Below are positions 14,608-26,500 of a DNA stretch of 64,000 nt, piece after piece. Made by a program: the position numbers and the translations under genes. Position 1 is the stretch's first letter. Every line of letters begins with the position of its first letter. The DNA comes from Phoronis australis (lineage: Eukaryota > Animalia > Phoronida), in assembly GCA_002633005.1 (NCBI GenBank), contig NMRA01000192.1, positions 244,606 through 308,605 of the forward strand. The letters are read 5' to 3'. The notes under the pieces are model-generated. The model did not search any database. It saw only the letters and a list, made by a program, of their open reading frames with translations, and was not told the origin of the DNA.

Positions 14608-14805
14608 TTTTTCCCTGCCTGATTTTTTTTCACTATTTTTGCAAGTTGTCAAAATATTTTTATTGCACAGCGACTTTACTCGATTATTCTGAACGTGCAT
14701 ATTCGTTTTTCCTTGCCTGAATTTATTTTCACTATTTTCGCAAGTTGGTAGAATATTTCTGTTGTATAGCGACTACTTTACTTTGTTTTGACCGTGCATA
14801 TTCGT
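14608..14805. repeat. Two-copy tandem repeat, unit about 98 bp (inverted copy about 22910-23107)
   Basis: tgcctga..ttcactatttt.gcaagttg..agcgact..cgtgcatattcg occurs twice. Confidence 0.75.
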
Positions 14806-15500
14806 TGCTATTCTTGTATTGTTTACCTTTGTAAAACACCTTTAGCTCAGTTGGATAGACAGCCTTATTATTCATCCATTATTTGACCAATTTCACTTCC
14901 GACTTAAAGGCAAATTTACTGAGATTTACTCGGATCCAGATCGTCACAAGTGCGAGCTTTTAAGAATCTTTCAATGAGATTCGAGATCAAAATCACTCGA
15001 CAATTTATTGAATTAGGTTGAAATGAACACTTCGTGCATTGTTAAAAAGAGACCCCCACACCAGAAGTTTTCAGTTTTTATTTCTCAAAGGAGCTCATTC
15101 AGTGTTTCAAATAATGTTTTTCAAATTAACTCCGGACCTGATCATTGTGGGTTCGAATTTAATCACGGTATTATTAAGAAGTCAGTCAACTGACGCTCTT
15201 CTGCTGTAAGTCTGACAGTAGTTTTTAGTCTAGTCAATAAACAATTTACTTGTGGTTTTTGTTTCTTCTGAGGAAGCAATTTATATGTAGATGGCTAAAC
15301 CGTTAAGCGCCATCTTGAGGCTTGGGAACGAGGTTGTCTCAACGCGGGGTTATTGTGTCGGCACAAAATACATTAATAGCTTATAAATCTCAATAAAATT
15401 TAGAAAGTCACAATAATTAATGTAATTTATCCGTGGTAAGGTGAGTGATTATATGCGAGAATAATTGTGTAAATATCCCTGTATTGTTCTGATAACATTA

Positions 15501-15645
15501 CATGGGCGGCGCAACATAGGAGGCTAGGGGAGCTATAGCCCACAAATTTTTTCAGCGCTAAGCCACCGATAGTCTATGGGCGGTTCGCCAGAAGGGGAGC
15601 TGGGGGGCTATAGCCCTCCACTTTTTCAGTGCTGCACAGCCCATG
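15501..15645. mobile_element. Small CATGGGC-ended MITE, imperfect 5-bp TSD (catta/cattg)
   Basis: catgggcggcgca...tgcacagcccatg inverted ends; inverted copy at about 22079-22222. Confidence 0.55.
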
Positions 15646-16427
15646 CATTGCTCAGTGCTGTTATAACAGTGGCTGATCTAGGATACCATAACGGGTGGGG
15701 GGCAACATGTTGCCTCGGGGAAGTGGGTAAAGCGGTGTTTTATGTGCACAGGCAGCTCGAAAGACGAAAGGGCCCAGGATGAAAATGTATCGATGGAATA
15801 AAAAATACGGGATTTTATAGTTTTTGTTTGCGAACAGAATGTGCCGACAATTTGTACACGTAAACAATGTATCAGGAATGCATAAGATGCATGATGAAAA
15901 TACAGTGTATGTCTATTAATTGATAAAGTAGCGTTCAAGATCATTTGAAAGCTAGGCAGCATTATAAGCACGGGGTGAGAGTAGTATAGTAAGAGGTTTT
16001 GGAGTCTTATTTTGAGGCTCCTAGGTCAAAGGTCATGTGAAAGGAGGTCACGTGGTATAACTGCGATCGTGACATCTACCGGACGGATGTGTCAATGACG
16101 TCATGACGTCATAGATTTAATTAGAGAGACACCTCGTTTTGCGGCTCCTAGCAACGGATTGAAACAAAAGAAGGATGATAACAAAACGTGGATTACCTTA
16201 GTTCGTGTGCCTGTCGTTGTATATTGTGTGTTTGTTTCATCAAAAACAAAAGGCGTATTCAACCCAACAACAGATGTCGTGTAAAGTCTAACCCAGGACC
16301 CGACGGTACTGAGCGAATCGTACTCGTAATACTGTGAAGAAGCGACCAGCTAACGCAGAACATAAGACCGATAGCGTTTAAACGTGTATTAATGACAAAC
16401 CAACACTACAAATATCATACAAATATA

Positions 16428-16556
16428 AAATCATCAAAACGTTCAGTAGTCTATAGCAAATTGTTCAAATGTCCGAATTAAATGTTCAAATCATCAAAAC
16501 GTTCAGAAAAGTAGTCTATAGCAAATTTATCAAATGTCCGAATTAAATGTTCAAAG
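16428..16556. repeat. Two-copy tandem repeat of about 62 bp overlapping the pPolB stop codon
   Basis: aaatcatcaaaacgttcag..tagtctatagcaaatt..caaatgtccgaattaaatgttcaaa occurs twice. Confidence 0.8.
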
Positions 16557-17019
16557 GTCCAGTGGTGACGCCGTCGTCGAACACTTGTCGTTTGGGGTAA
16601 AAATAGGTGAACGCACACCTCTCTTGCAGGTAAGTATACATGGTGTTGTCACCGCCTAACCGGAATCCTTTGTTGAGGGCCGAGCTACTCTTTGTGGTCT
16701 GTAATACCTTCAGATACCTCGCCTTGTCTATTGCATTTCTTTGTCTTTGCACTCCTTTACAGCTAAAGTGGGATTGACCGTCGTCCGCCCCCACGTAATA
16801 GGTTTTAGAGCAAAGGGCGATGCAGTAGTCCCCTTCAAATTCCAGTTTCAATAAACCGGGTGTGCGCGTGTCGTAAGCTTCGTTTTCTTCCGTGTCCGTT
16901 CGCGGGAACCAAAGATGTTTTTCCCTCTCGAAAGCTGCTCGCATGTCTGGTTTTATTACGTCCTCAAGGCAGTTACCGGATATAGCCATGTACGCCGAGT
17001 CCGTGTCCATTTCGCAATA
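16543..17019 (-). CDS. Protein-primed family B DNA polymerase (pPolB), C-terminal 158 aa, uninterrupted
   Basis: YCEMDTDSAY (DTDS motif C), TPGLLKLE, CSKTYY (KxY), SCKGV, KGFR, YPKRQVFDDGVTTGPLNI*. The first residues of the listed ORF (to 17058) lie across the n and are not part of it. Confidence 0.88.
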   Translation of the reverse strand, partial: YCEMDTDSAYMAISGNCLEDVIKPDMRAAFEREKHLWFPRTDTEENEAYDTRTPGLLKLEFEGDYCIALCSKTYYVGADDGQSHFSCKGVQRQRNAIDKARYLKVLQTTKSSSALNKGFRLGGDNTMYTYLQERCAFTYFYPKRQVFDDGVTTGPLNI

Positions 17020-20000
17020 NATTTGATTGAATGACGTGATTCGATTGCGTTTTTGCAAAGTTTAAGCGTTAAGTGCGAATGTAGCAAAGCAGTAATTACT
17101 GTAAGTTCATGTCAATGAGTTTGAATTCAATACCAGTTCGATCATTAAGCTAATTTTATCCTCGGCGCATCGTAGCAAGCCATATAACTGTGGTTGATTC
17201 CCAATATTTATGAAATTTAGTAAATTAGAATTAGTGTATTTTAGATTAGCAAGCGTGAGGTTGGTTTTTTTCCCAACATAACATTTACTATTGCCTTTGA
17301 TTAACTAATGTGATATTGTCTATTAGATCTGACCCAGCTTAAGTCACGAATTTTCAAATTCTACCGGTTATAAATCATGGTCTGGTGCTAAAACGACTTT
17401 CTTCACACACATATCGCAAAAGCACTGATTCATGGTATTCTTCTCGACTGTTCATTTTGAAATTGGTTGCAATGAACTGGTAAACTATTTCGCCATATCA
17501 TGTAACTTAATGACTATTGCGTGAAGGTGTAGCAACCTTTCAGTTCTTCTTTAGTCTAGAAATCACAAGATGACAGTCATTTTATAACGTTCTGTCAGGA
17601 GATGCTGGTGTGTTACTCTTTCATGGGGATCAAAAAGCCGTAACGCAGTCGTTGTTTTACGACATTGACTAATATATAGGACATTTGAAAATAACTTATT
17701 AATCCACTAACAGATTATTTAATTGGTTTTGCATAGAGTTTACAGGCTTTTGATAATAAATTGCGACACTGATTTTCACATTGACGTTAAAATGATGCGG
17801 TGCTTCGTAATCGGATGGGCGATGTTTTCGGCATTTGTCAGATGTTGTAGCGTAAATTTTATTAATGTTACCTTGGCCTATTTTTTACTCAACGATGTTT
17901 CACGATTTTTGAGAGGATATATGTAGCGCGATTTCACTTGGATCCTTATCCGCGCTTCTCTCCTACGTGAAAGACGTGCTGGTGTTTTCCTTTCATAAAT
18001 AATTTCCCCACCCATTACCAGCCCTTGCGGGTTTTCGCCGTCTTTTGTTGGTTTGAAAAATAGTTTAGTACATTATATCCATTTCTTACATTAAACATCT
18101 CAAACCTATGTTATTTCTAATTCAACATGTCATTAGATATTGTGTGAGTTTTTCGTTCAATTTTTGAAATTTACAATCTTAAGTCCAAGCTCATAACAGT
18201 CACACGATGTCGTTGGCGTGATTTTTTGTCCCCACAGCACGATGTGGGAGGCATAGTATTCTGCATGTCACACAATGGCGTTGGAATGACGTATAAAAAT
18301 GGAAGCTGCATACTTTGTTCATATTTTACACTGAGGTGTAGGTAGGACATCTCCAAGCGACAGTTGATATTGTTTTGAATAGGGGTCCTGCCATGCTCTT
18401 AAATTCCCCTTGTATTTTTACAAACATTATCAATAGTTGAGTTCCCTGAATCAGTTGACAGGCTTATTTTTTTATGTCATGCTTTGCTCATTTCTTTTTG
18501 GTGTGACCCCAAGGTTCATTTCTACTGTTGAGGACCAAGCCAATGACTTGTTGCTTCTGTTTGTTTTGTAATTGATCTCAACTTTAACAGGTGTTGGATG
18601 ATATCAAAGGGATTTTATGAAGCATACCTGTATTATTGTACTTACTTCATTGATATTGAGACTTACTGTACAGTCTGCACACGCCAGGCTGATGTTTAGT
18701 GTATACATTGTTTCAGTGATTATTAAGTAATCCTGAAGTTGATATAAGTTGATGTAATCTGAAGTTTCATATTGTATTAACAAAATAAGAAATGAATCTC
18801 TCTCTGCTTGTTGCATGTAGAGATGTGTCAATGGCTTAGCTCAAAACACATCACAGCCGCAAATTCAGTAACAGTCAAGCTATGTTCTCCACACGTTCTT
18901 CTGTTGCTGGCAATGCTTTAAAAAATAAAACCGAGACCGGCAAGACATCTTTTATTTATGCTGCTGCTGCAATATGGGACTATCTTATCCTGAAACTAAA
19001 CGGTCCAATAAAATTAATACTCTCACTATTCAGTATCATCTCTCTATTTATTTCATCTCTCTTAGACAAATTGTTATCATCCTTCGTCATTTATTTATTA
19101 TCTAAATTCTCAACCTGTTTTAAATGTTTCTTTGTCACATGTATTTAATTATTGCTTTACTGCGTTATTGTATTATACTACTGTTTTATAGTTTGTTGTT
19201 GAGGGCCCTTTTGGAAGGCAATGCTGACACTGAAGACGCCACTCTTATTTCTCAAATTGCAATAAATATATTAGATAGTCGGTGCTTTAGTCGTATTTAC
19301 TCTTAAACCATGGTGTTATAGTTGTAATGTCATGGTCTTTGCATTTTAGCGTGAACAAAAGAATAATTTTTTATCCTATTTATTCAGCTGTTAAATGACT
19401 GTAATTTGCACTTTGGTTACGGCTGGTTGGAAAAAAGAAAAGAACAATTGTGATAGGTTGTATATCAGAAAAAAACATGTGTATTATCGTATTCTGGGTT
19501 ATGAAAAGATATGGATACGAATTTTCAAAGCAGCGCATTATGTAAACACCGACACATTGATTTACGTCTCGGTTTATTGGCTCTCGTGTACCTGTACAGT
19601 CTGTTCTCCACCTGTGTCAACTGACTGGAATATTGTGAACTTTTGTTTTGAGAATGGTTTAGATACAATAACCGAAACATCGATAAATATGTCGTTTTAA
19701 AGGTATGCACATTTTTTTTCTATAATCATAATGGTACTGGTCCGATTCTACCTCCAATAATAAATATGTTGTTGATCATATTTGTGTTAACCTGGAACCT
19801 CACATCTTAAATATGTGCATTTGCCTGTTGTATGTATCTGTATACGTGTTTTAAAATAAACACTGTACTATCAGATATGTGTCACTTATTTTCTATATGA
19901 TTTCATTTCATCTAAAATAATTGCAGTGTAAATAAAACCAACCATTTGGGATGTGCCATTTTGGCAAAATTTGTTCTCAGCCAATGTATCTTTCATATAG

Positions 20001-20302
20001 GAGGTTTTTGATTGTCCTCCATATGAAATTTCGGATCAAATGACAGGTCACAAATAGATCTAACCAGTTCTTAACTGAGGCAGTCCAGCCAGCTGGCTCT
20101 CTACTCTGTTGGCAGGGAATGGGGGTAACTGAAACTTGCGCTTCAGTTAACAAAGAAAATTGGGCTTTGGCTTGAATTTTCACCAAGAATAAGTCCGTCA
20201 TGTTAGGATCAAGATAATTCTGGATAAGTCTCAAAAATAACACATATGCTGCTGTTGCTCTGACGGAACTAACATGCGCATGGCCGCATTTGAAAGCATA
20301 GA

Positions 20303-20384
20303 TTAGTTTTAATTCACTGAACTTTCGTGAATTCTGATAACGTCATGGGATTTTCCAGGTTTTTCGTCTCATTAGCTATATAAA
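20303..20384 (+). promoter_or_regulatory. Proximal promoter of kinase gene 1: kappaB-type site + half-CRE + TATA
   Basis: GGGATTTTCC 20347-20356, TATATAAA 20377-20384, ATG 20418. Confidence 0.6.
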
Positions 20385-20417
20385 CCCCGGAAACTTTGCA
20401 ATTCCTAACACATCATT

Positions 20418-20558
20418 ATGGATGCGGCAAAGACGTGTTATTGGATCGAAGCGGAAAACTTTTCCGTAAACAAGTCAGACGAATTGGGAAAAGGGGCGTT
20501 TGGGACAGTGTATAGTGGCAGACATAATCTCACACACAGCAAGGTAGCGGTTAAAGAA
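20418..20558 (+). CDS. Kinase gene 1 exon 1 (subdomains I-II)
   Basis: MDAAKTCYWIEAENFSVNKSDELGKGAFGTVYSGRHNLTHSKVAVKE|gtaagt. Confidence 0.85.
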
Positions 20559-23500
20559 GTAAGTTTACTCTAAATATACTGATATAGCACGTATACCTAC
20601 AGTAATAATAACAAGTCTACGAATTCTGCGAGAAGTTCAGAATTTATGCATTTCATCGATGTACAATATCCTCCGTCAAAGTAGCTCCATTATATTCACT
20701 GAACATAGGAAAAATGGTGAAAACATCAAACTAATCTACAAGTATTTGCAATTTTTGGTATGGAAATTATAAGCAAACACACAATTTTGCATAATGTCGT
20801 ATTTAATTTTATATTTAAAATGCTCAAAGATGTTAAGATTACTTAACAACTAAAAATTGGTATCCATTTCTGGCTACTACACTAAAGGTGTTATTTCAAC
20901 AAACAAAAACAATTTTCATCTCACAACAGTGCGCTCATCACTTGAATTGCAATAACCCGCAAATGTGCTTGAATTTTGCCGCCCGGATACGATAACAAAT
21001 TTTCCCTGGCAGTTGCCATATGCCACTTCGACGGGAAAAATACTAACTTGCTTATTAACTTTAATTTTCAATCATTAAACACAATATATTCAAGACCCAA
21101 GAATCATTTACAATGTACAGTCCATACCTCTGTTGTTTAAAATTTAAAATTCCGCAATTGAAAACGGGGGACAGTGTAGTGAATTGTAGTTCATGAGCTG
21201 AATGTCAGCGATTGAAAATTATTGTAGTGACAGGAAAGGTAACTTTTCAATATCTTGAGAACACGGACTTCATCTATCCAAACAGCAATGATCGCGGCCA
21301 TCAAACTTTTTCCTTTTACCATAAGGCGACTCTCCGAAACCCCTCATCCCCAACCTCATCCCGTGCTTATAATGCTGCCTAGCTTTCAAATGATCTTTAA
21401 CGCTACTTTATCAATTAATAGACAAACACTGTATTTTCATCATGATTTCCTATGAATTCCTGATACATTGTTTACGTGTACGAATTGTCGGCACATTCTG
21501 TTCGCAAACAAAAACTAAAAAATTAATCTGACTTATATAACGTTTACAACATCAACGCACGCGTTTTAGAAAAGGTTACTATACTCATTAGTTGTGTTGC
21601 TATTTTTGTAGTATTCTTATTACGTCAATACCAAAAATTTTTTTGGACGTAGAAGATAAATGTCACCCACTGAGGATTAAGGTACAACAAAGAAGTCGTC
21701 TTACACGCCATATGTTGGTCAAATCACCTGAGTTCAGTCTGAAGTCTCTGTTATTCCTTATCAACGGGCTGACTTATATATAGGCGGATTTAAGGGTGGA
21801 GCCCAGCCCCCCCCCACCTTGGCTGCCGCAAGCAAAATGAAACAGCAACAGCGTGAAGCGTAAAGAATTATTGAGTTCAGTAAATAGGACCGGTAGCGGC
21901 GGAAGCGTGATCCCGTTTTTTTATTCCATCGATACATTTTCATCCTGGGCCCTTTCGAATTCCGAGCTGCCTGTGCACATAAAACACCGCTTTATCCAAT
22001 TCCCCGAGGCAACATGTTGCCCCCCTCACCCGTTATGGTATCCTAGATCAGCCACTCTTATAACAGCACTGAGCAATGCATGGGCTGCGCAGCACTGAAA
22101 AAGTGAAGTGCTATAGCCCACCAGTCCCCCTTCTGGCGAACCGCCCATAGACTATCGGCGGCGTAGCGCTTAAAATATTGTGGGCTATAGCTCCCCTAGC
22201 CTCCTATGGTGCGCCGCCCATGTAATGTAATCAGAACAATGCAGGGATATTTACACGATTATTCTCGCATACAATCATTCAACTTACCACGGATAGATTT
22301 ATTATTGTGACTTTCTAAATGTTATTGAGCTTTATAAGCTATTAATGTATTTTGTGCTGACACAATAACCTCGCGTTGAGACAACCTCGTCCCCAAGCCT
22401 CAAGATGGCGCTTAACGGTTTAGCCATCTACATATAAATTGCTTCCTCAGAAGAAATAAAAACCACAAGTAAGTTGTTGACTAGACTAAAAACTACTGTC
22501 AGTCTTACAGCAGAAGAACGTCAGTTGACTGACTTCTTAATAATACCGTAATTAAATCCGAACCCACAATGATCAGTTCCGGAGTTGCTTTGAAAAATAT
22601 TATTTGAAACACTGACTGAGCTCCTTTGAGGAATAAAAACTGAAAACTTCTGGTGTCAGGGTCTCTTTTAAAAATGCACGAAGTATTCATTTCTACCTAA
22701 TTCAATAGATTGTCGAGTGATTTTGATCTCGAATCTCATTGAAAGGTTCTTAAAAGCCCTCACTTGTGACGAACTAGATCCGAGTGATACTCAGTAAATT
22801 TGACTTTAAGTCGGAAGTGAAATTGGTCAAATAATGACTGAATAACAAGACTGTCTATTCAACTGAGCTAAGGGTGTTTTACAAAGGTAAACAATACAAG
22901 AATAGCAACGAATATGCACGGTCAGAACAATTAAGTAAAGTAGTCGCTATATAACAGAAATATTCTAGCAACTTGCGAAAATAGTGAAAAGAAATTCAGG
23001 CAAGGAAAAACGAATATGCACGTTCAGAATAATCGAGTAAAGTCGCTGTGCAATAAAAAATATTCTGATAACTTGCAAAAATAGTGAAAAAATTAGGCAG
23101 GGAAAAACTAAGACACCGTGGTCTCCGTCGACTTTGTCAGGCAGCCATTACCAACAAAGAGCGACTGCCTATTTCTTACAAAATACCAACTGCTAACGAA
23201 ATAAGGTTACCGGCTCGACTAAAAACTCTAAAAGCAGTAAGGGAAGTATTCTTCTTTGAACATGTGGTTGTTCTCGCTTGAGACATCCTATATCCGCCGT
23301 GCGGGTTGCAAAAGTCATGCTGCCGCTAATGTGGAAAACCGTATGTTTAGGACATCTTGCGTCTTGTTTGTAAATATTCTAAAGCATGCGCCACCCAGCC
23401 TGAAATATAGGGGTCTCGGATTCTTGAAGATGTGGACCTTTTCCTAACAAAAAGTACGGGGGACTAAAAAAAAAAGAATAAATGGTTAACCACTCCCGCA

Positions 23501-26500
23501 GCCGTGTGCGTTGGCGCCTCTTCAGTGGACTTTTGTCTCGTTTTCTCGAACTTCTTGTTCCTCTGAGGCGGATCTTTTTTGCCCATTTTGCCAAATGGGG
23601 GGCTCGTTCGAGCCCCCCCCCCGAGCCCCCCGGGTGCGTGCATGTAAAGTCTACTCTCTGTATTTTGATTTGAATTTATCTTTGCGCCTGTTCTTGTGAA
23701 AAACCTAGTACATTTAGATTCTCCGTTTCTGTGAAAAAATGGACGCAAGGCTATCTGAGCCCAGTTCTAATGGGCAAACAAAACATTTCGGTACTCAGGG
23801 TATAAAGTGGATCTCTCTCACTGTCATTGGCCTTTTGCTTTATTTTCAGGTTCTTTTTGCTATGTATTTATAATATTGTCAATATTCGTATTTGAGGAGA
23901 TTACAAGTGGGTTTAATATTGAAAATAAATTTCACTACTAAACGCGTTGCAGGTCAAAATACGCTGTAGGTCTCAAAAAAGAAAATCGAAACCAAAAACA
24001 ATGACAAAGTTACAGTAGTTGGCCGGCTGTTCCTGTCTGGAAAATCTTGGCAAGATTTTTGGAAAAATCAGCTTAAATTTAAAAAAAATGGTAGGAATTT
24101 AAAAACAAACTTTGAGGAAATACTTTCAAAAATGCCAAAACGTTTGGCACACATTACCAAGTTGTTAAGAGAGTCTTGGCAAGATGAAAACTGTTGGAAA
24201 AGGTTTTAAAATAGTTGCAACATTTCATTAGCTTGAAGAATATATCATGGTCTTAGAGTGAAAATACGGTATGGTTTTCCGCAGCTTTGGCATTCTATAT
24301 GATGTGTCATTCTATAAATTCTAAGCTCCCGGAATTGCACTTAGGTGATCCAAGTACATTTTTCTAGATATGTTTTCACAGGTCACAATCAAAGACGACA
24401 AAACCGGAAGCAATGCTGCACGGGAACTCAAGACTCTCCACGGGTTGAAAGAGCATGAAAATATCGTTGCTTTTCTGGATTTCTTTTTTTCCCACAACTC
24501 ACTATGGATGGTGATGGAGTACTGTGACATGGGCAACTTGGCAGAGTATTATCAAAAATACCAGCCGATACACATCTCAACCAACGTTTCCTTTATGCGC
24601 CAAGTAGCCTCGGCCATAACCCACTTGCACGCCCTATCCAAACCCATCGTTCACAGAGATATCAAGCCAGCCAACATCCTGGTGAAGTACTGCGGAGATA
24701 AACCAGTTGTCAAGGTAATGTATTAAAACTGAGATTCTGAATAGCCGACACCATCACCAGCCAACAAACTTAGTAACTTTATTCCTTCTTAGAATTTTTC
24801 CAAGTACTGGCATGATATGCGGACATGCCCACAGAAACGCCATAACACGGACTTTTTCCAGAGGGAAGACGTGTTTTTTACCAGTAAATTCATTGCGCTA
24901 TTTCTTGCGCCTATCATCAACTAAATGCTGAATTCTTTGCTTGCGGGCGATCGTCATAAGCTCAGTGCGTCCGAATTAAGCATACCGAAACATATTTTCC
25001 CATCTGATCATACTAAACCGCCTTCATTGTATATTTTAATAGGCGTTAGCATCGTGAACTCATGTTGTTAGAGTGAAAAAAATGTGAACACTAGCCTGAC
25101 GTGGGTTGATGTATAGGAGTTCAAATCTTAGGGCTACAGAGGTGTGCTACCCCTAGAGAGAGACAGGTCAATTAAATAGAGTAGGGTAACATTTGCGAAA
25201 GGGATTGAGCTTACTAACACGAAGAAAACCCGAAATTACGGTTACTTATATTTCAAACTGACTATTATTTCTCTTATGGATGTACATAGGTCTTCCCACA
25301 AATATAGGAATACAACATACAGAGGAATACTACTATGATATCCTAACTCGAATTCCTTTCATTTGGAAATATCCCGTTGGTACATGCATAACTTAATTAT
25401 CCCAATTCATTTTCATCGCGGAGACATCTTGCTGCCGTATGTGCTGTGTTTTGTTGTCATATGATGTCATGTACTTGTACATGTGTAATACGCTAAGCGT
25501 AACTTTGCTAGTTATCCCGTTTTGCGTGAACTTCGCGTGTGCGTAAACTTGGAATTGAACATTCACTTTAGCAATAACGTGAATTTTTTTGTTCAGTGTA
25601 AATATTTTTTGTAATTATTGGCCTCAAGATAACCCATTTCCCGTTTACTGTAACTTATATAAAGGAATCGGAGGAATATGTGAATGCTTAAATCAATTAT
25701 TCTTCAGTGAATAAGATCGCCAATAGTTGACAAAAGATTAACTAAAACTTTTGACATTTTACTAACATGTAATTTGATTTAGTGCAGTGCAAAGTCTTAT
25801 GGACGTGAACCTGATTATTTGAATGAACTTGTCAAGTTTCCCCGCGTATTCCATGTTCACGCATACGCGATCCTAGGATTAAGCAAGATTCAGTCCCCAA
25901 TTCAGACACAGAAACTCAACATCTGTGCCAACTGGTTGGATATTGCACCATTGATGTTATAGACTCTGATCACCTGCTTTGCCATTTACCCTATTGCTAC
26001 GTTGTGAATGTTTACTATGATGTCTCACTAATCATGGAGGTCTCATTTTATTTCTTGCTTTCGATATACATGTATATGTATGTATTACACATTCGGTCTG
26101 ATATAATTTTAAAACAAATTTTCTATCTAAGTTACCTAACAACGAATGTCGCATCGTTTTAACGAATTCTGCATCTGATTGTAACTTTGGCTATGATTTT
26201 CAAACAAGAAAGTTATACGACCTCGAATTGCAGGTAACCGATTTTGGTGTGTCAAAGATTGCAACAAACGACATATCCGTGGCTAAACTGCACCTGACAT
26301 CGACATCTGTAGGAGCACCGTTATACCTGGCCCCTGAACAATACGGCGACGATGGGTACACATACAAAGTAGACATATTCTCGACTGGTCTCCTTTTCCT
26401 AGGCATGCTTTCCTACAAAGACAATGACCAATTAGCTCCAATTTTAGGTAAAATTGCTTATGATAGTGAAACATAAAAAGTGGGGTTGAGTGGCCCAGAC

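Larger units (their letters stand above)
15980..17019 (-). mobile_element. Polinton/Maverick terminal fragment, truncated by the contig break at n17020
   Basis: Begins AGTAGT (Polinton-type terminal microrepeat) exactly where homology to the other copy stops; contains the 3' end of a protein-primed PolB. Confidence 0.8.
10054..21325. repeat. Near-identical segment pair 10054-14457 / 17021-21325 (probable haplotype overlap)
   Basis: Collinear with scattered SNPs and indels; second copy starts immediately after n17020. Confidence 0.85.

Noticed and set aside
17020-17058. N-terminus MQKRNRITSFNQX of the listed 171-aa pPolB ORF
   Set aside because: It crosses the n junction and comes from the unrelated duplicated segment; chimeric ORF.
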